A DNA stretch of 54,334 bases. Source: Eubacteriales bacterium (GTDB lineage: Bacteria > Bacillota > Clostridia > Oscillospirales > CAG-272). The notes under the pieces were generated by a model. That model searched no databases, was not told the origin of the DNA, and saw nothing but the letters and a program-made list of their open reading frames with translations. The translations under genes and the position numbers were made by a program. This document shows, in pieces, positions 53,056 through 54,334 of the stretch; positions within the stretch are counted from its first letter, which is position 1; each line of letters starts with the position of its first letter. The stretch lies in contig JBJDZN010000078.1 of the NCBI GenBank assembly GCA_051868045.1, forward strand, positions 1 to 54,334. Reading direction: 5' to 3'.

Positions 53056-54334
53056 TCAGCCTAAATCGTAGCGATCCTTCATTTCATAGCGAATTCGGCT
53101 GTACAGATACAGGGAGAGAGACAGATAAACCAGTCGGAGGATAAAATCCGCAATCCAGTAGGCGGGTAAATAGGGAAGCAGTGCCGCATGAACGACACCG
53201 GACAGTGAACTTACCGCTCCGACAATTATGACCGCATCCAGAATTCTTCTGGTGGGAAGGGTGTTCTTTTCGGGATTGCCGCCGATAATGTGACCGTCGG
53301 GTGCAAGGGTTCCTCCGGTGTGATCCCGGATGATAGGCAAAATCAGCTTGCGGAGGAAGAGCAGCAGAAGAATAAAGAGGACCGCCTCGACTGCCGCTGC
53401 CGCAACCATGCCGAGATAGCCGTAGATAATGCCGAAGTCTCTTCTCATTCGCAGTTCCAGTACCTCCGATACCGTGAACGCTGCACCCTCATCGGTGTCA
53501 GAGAGAATGGTACCGTAGAAGGACTGAATAAACAGGAAGGTATAAATCCAAACCGCCACCGATGCCACCAGATTGACGAGACATATTTTTCCGCACTTTC
53601 CTGCCTCTTTGGGATAGGCAGAGCGCAGCATCAGAATGGCGATCAGCATCATGGTGAGAAAGACGGCGTGGGGGAGATAGTTGAAACCGTCGAATTTGAA
53701 CTCGAGAGAGAAGACCGCAGCGACGGACAGAATCGACAGCGACAGGAAGATCCGACTGCGATCCAGCAGGGACTTGTTGCTCAGAACCTCCTGATTGTAT
53801 CTGGTGTTGAGATTTTCATTAAAATCGGCATCCTTTGAGAGTATGCGGACATATCGGAAGATCCGGATATACCAGACGATGCCGATCAGCAAAGAGATGA
53901 CGACTGCTACGGCAGTAAAAAGCATCCGGTAGCCGGCAAAGGAGACAATGCCCGTGGCAGTCACAATGCCGTATTCGTCACTGCTCAGGGTGGTAAGTTC
54001 GGGCAGAACCGTCAGAACGGCTTTGGCGATGACGAACAGATAGGTGAGAAGTTTGACCTCGGTCAGTCCCACATAAAGGGGGGAGGACAGCACATCCTGA
54101 CTGTCGTCGCCGGCAGAAAGATCGGTCAGTCCCACGAAAAAGTCACGGAAAGCATGAAGCCCCAGCAAAACTTCGCCGAATCCGAAGCCGAAGGTAAACA
54201 GCAGTCCCCAGACTTCAGTGGGATCTGACGCAAAGGAAACGTAGAGAAAGGCGGCGGGCAGCTTGCACAGGGACAGGATGAACAGCCTTCGGAATCCCAC
54301 ATAGGCATCCCGCAGGGTCTGATTGAGTCCGGAT
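53056..54334 (-). CDS. Polytopic membrane protein, function unknown (5' end probably beyond the window)
   Basis: The reading frame stays open upstream of the ORF-track GTG at 54300 through to nt 54334. About 10 hydrophobic segments are present. No recognisable motif. Confidence 0.7.
   Translation of the reverse strand, partial: SGLNQTLRDAYVGFRRLFILSLCKLPAAFLYVSFASDPTEVWGLLFTFGFGFGEVLLGLHAFRDFFVGLTDLSAGDDSQDVLSSPLYVGLTEVKLLTYLFVIAKAVLTVLPELTTLSSDEYGIVTATGIVSFAGYRMLFTAVAVVISLLIGIVWYIRIFRYVRILSKDADFNENLNTRYNQEVLSNKSLLDRSRIFLSLSILSVAAVFSLEFKFDGFNYLPHAVFLTMMLIAILMLRSAYPKEAGKCGKICLVNLVASVAVWIYTFLFIQSFYGTILSDTDEGAAFTVSEVLELRMRRDFGIIYGYLGMVAAAAVEAVLFILLLLFLRKLILPIIRDHTGGTLAPDGHIIGGNPEKNTLPTRRILDAVIIVGAVSSLSGVVHAALLPYLPAYWIADFILRLVYLSLSLYLYSRIRYEMKDRYDLG

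Noticed and set aside
1-54334. Search for CRISPR arrays, rRNA, IS elements/transposases, integrases, prophage or known defence-system genes
   Set aside because: I found no spaced direct-repeat arrays, no recombinase, transposase or phage structural motifs, and no nuclease/ATPase pairs typical of defence islands. The single SF1 helicase at 26017-28140 has housekeeping PcrA/UvrD-type motifs and no partner genes.

Overview
This is a 54.3-kb chromosomal window from a moderately GC-rich, endospore-forming Firmicute that looks like Clostridia/Oscillospirales. The markers are spoIIAA-spoIIAB-sigF, a T-box-controlled valS, HPr kinase, PlsY, Mini-RNase III, MecA and L-LDH. I support about 48 protein-coding genes, one tRNA (anticodon CAT) and one T-box leader. 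I also support 14 near-consensus sigma-A promoters (TTGACA-17-TATAAT, usually with an extended TG) and a set of intrinsic terminators. I saw no rRNA, CRISPR array, transposase, integrase or phage genes. Most of the window is housekeeping: pyrBI, hprK, secG, mrnC, glcK, rpmB, plsY, der, rpmF, the spoIIA operon, valS, ldh, ybaK, udg and mecA. Three accessory blocks stand out. (1) At 17.3-25.9 kb there is a self-contained operon, bounded by a promoter and a terminator. It encodes System II cytochrome c maturation (short ResB/CcsB plus CcsA) and two large exported beta-propeller proteins, each with two CxxCH haem c sites. One is a YVTN-propeller/di-haem peroxidase-like lipoprotein. The other is a 1356-aa PD40-propeller/di-haem protein with sugar-binding-like and discoidin modules. 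Together their domains mirror the alpha/beta/gamma subunits of hydrazine synthase. This is my best candidate for an undescribed system. (2) At 10.9-17.2 kb there are three xylose-isomerase-like TIM-barrel genes and two Gfo/Idh/MocA oxidoreductase genes, with a divergent AraC regulator. No transporter, kinase or aldolase is present. (3) At 30.5-33.2 kb there is a visibly AT-richer insert carrying cardiolipin synthase and a small protein built from three repeats. All calls come from reading motifs in the translated ORFs and the DNA by eye. No similarity search or computed statistic was available, so family names are motif-level assignments.
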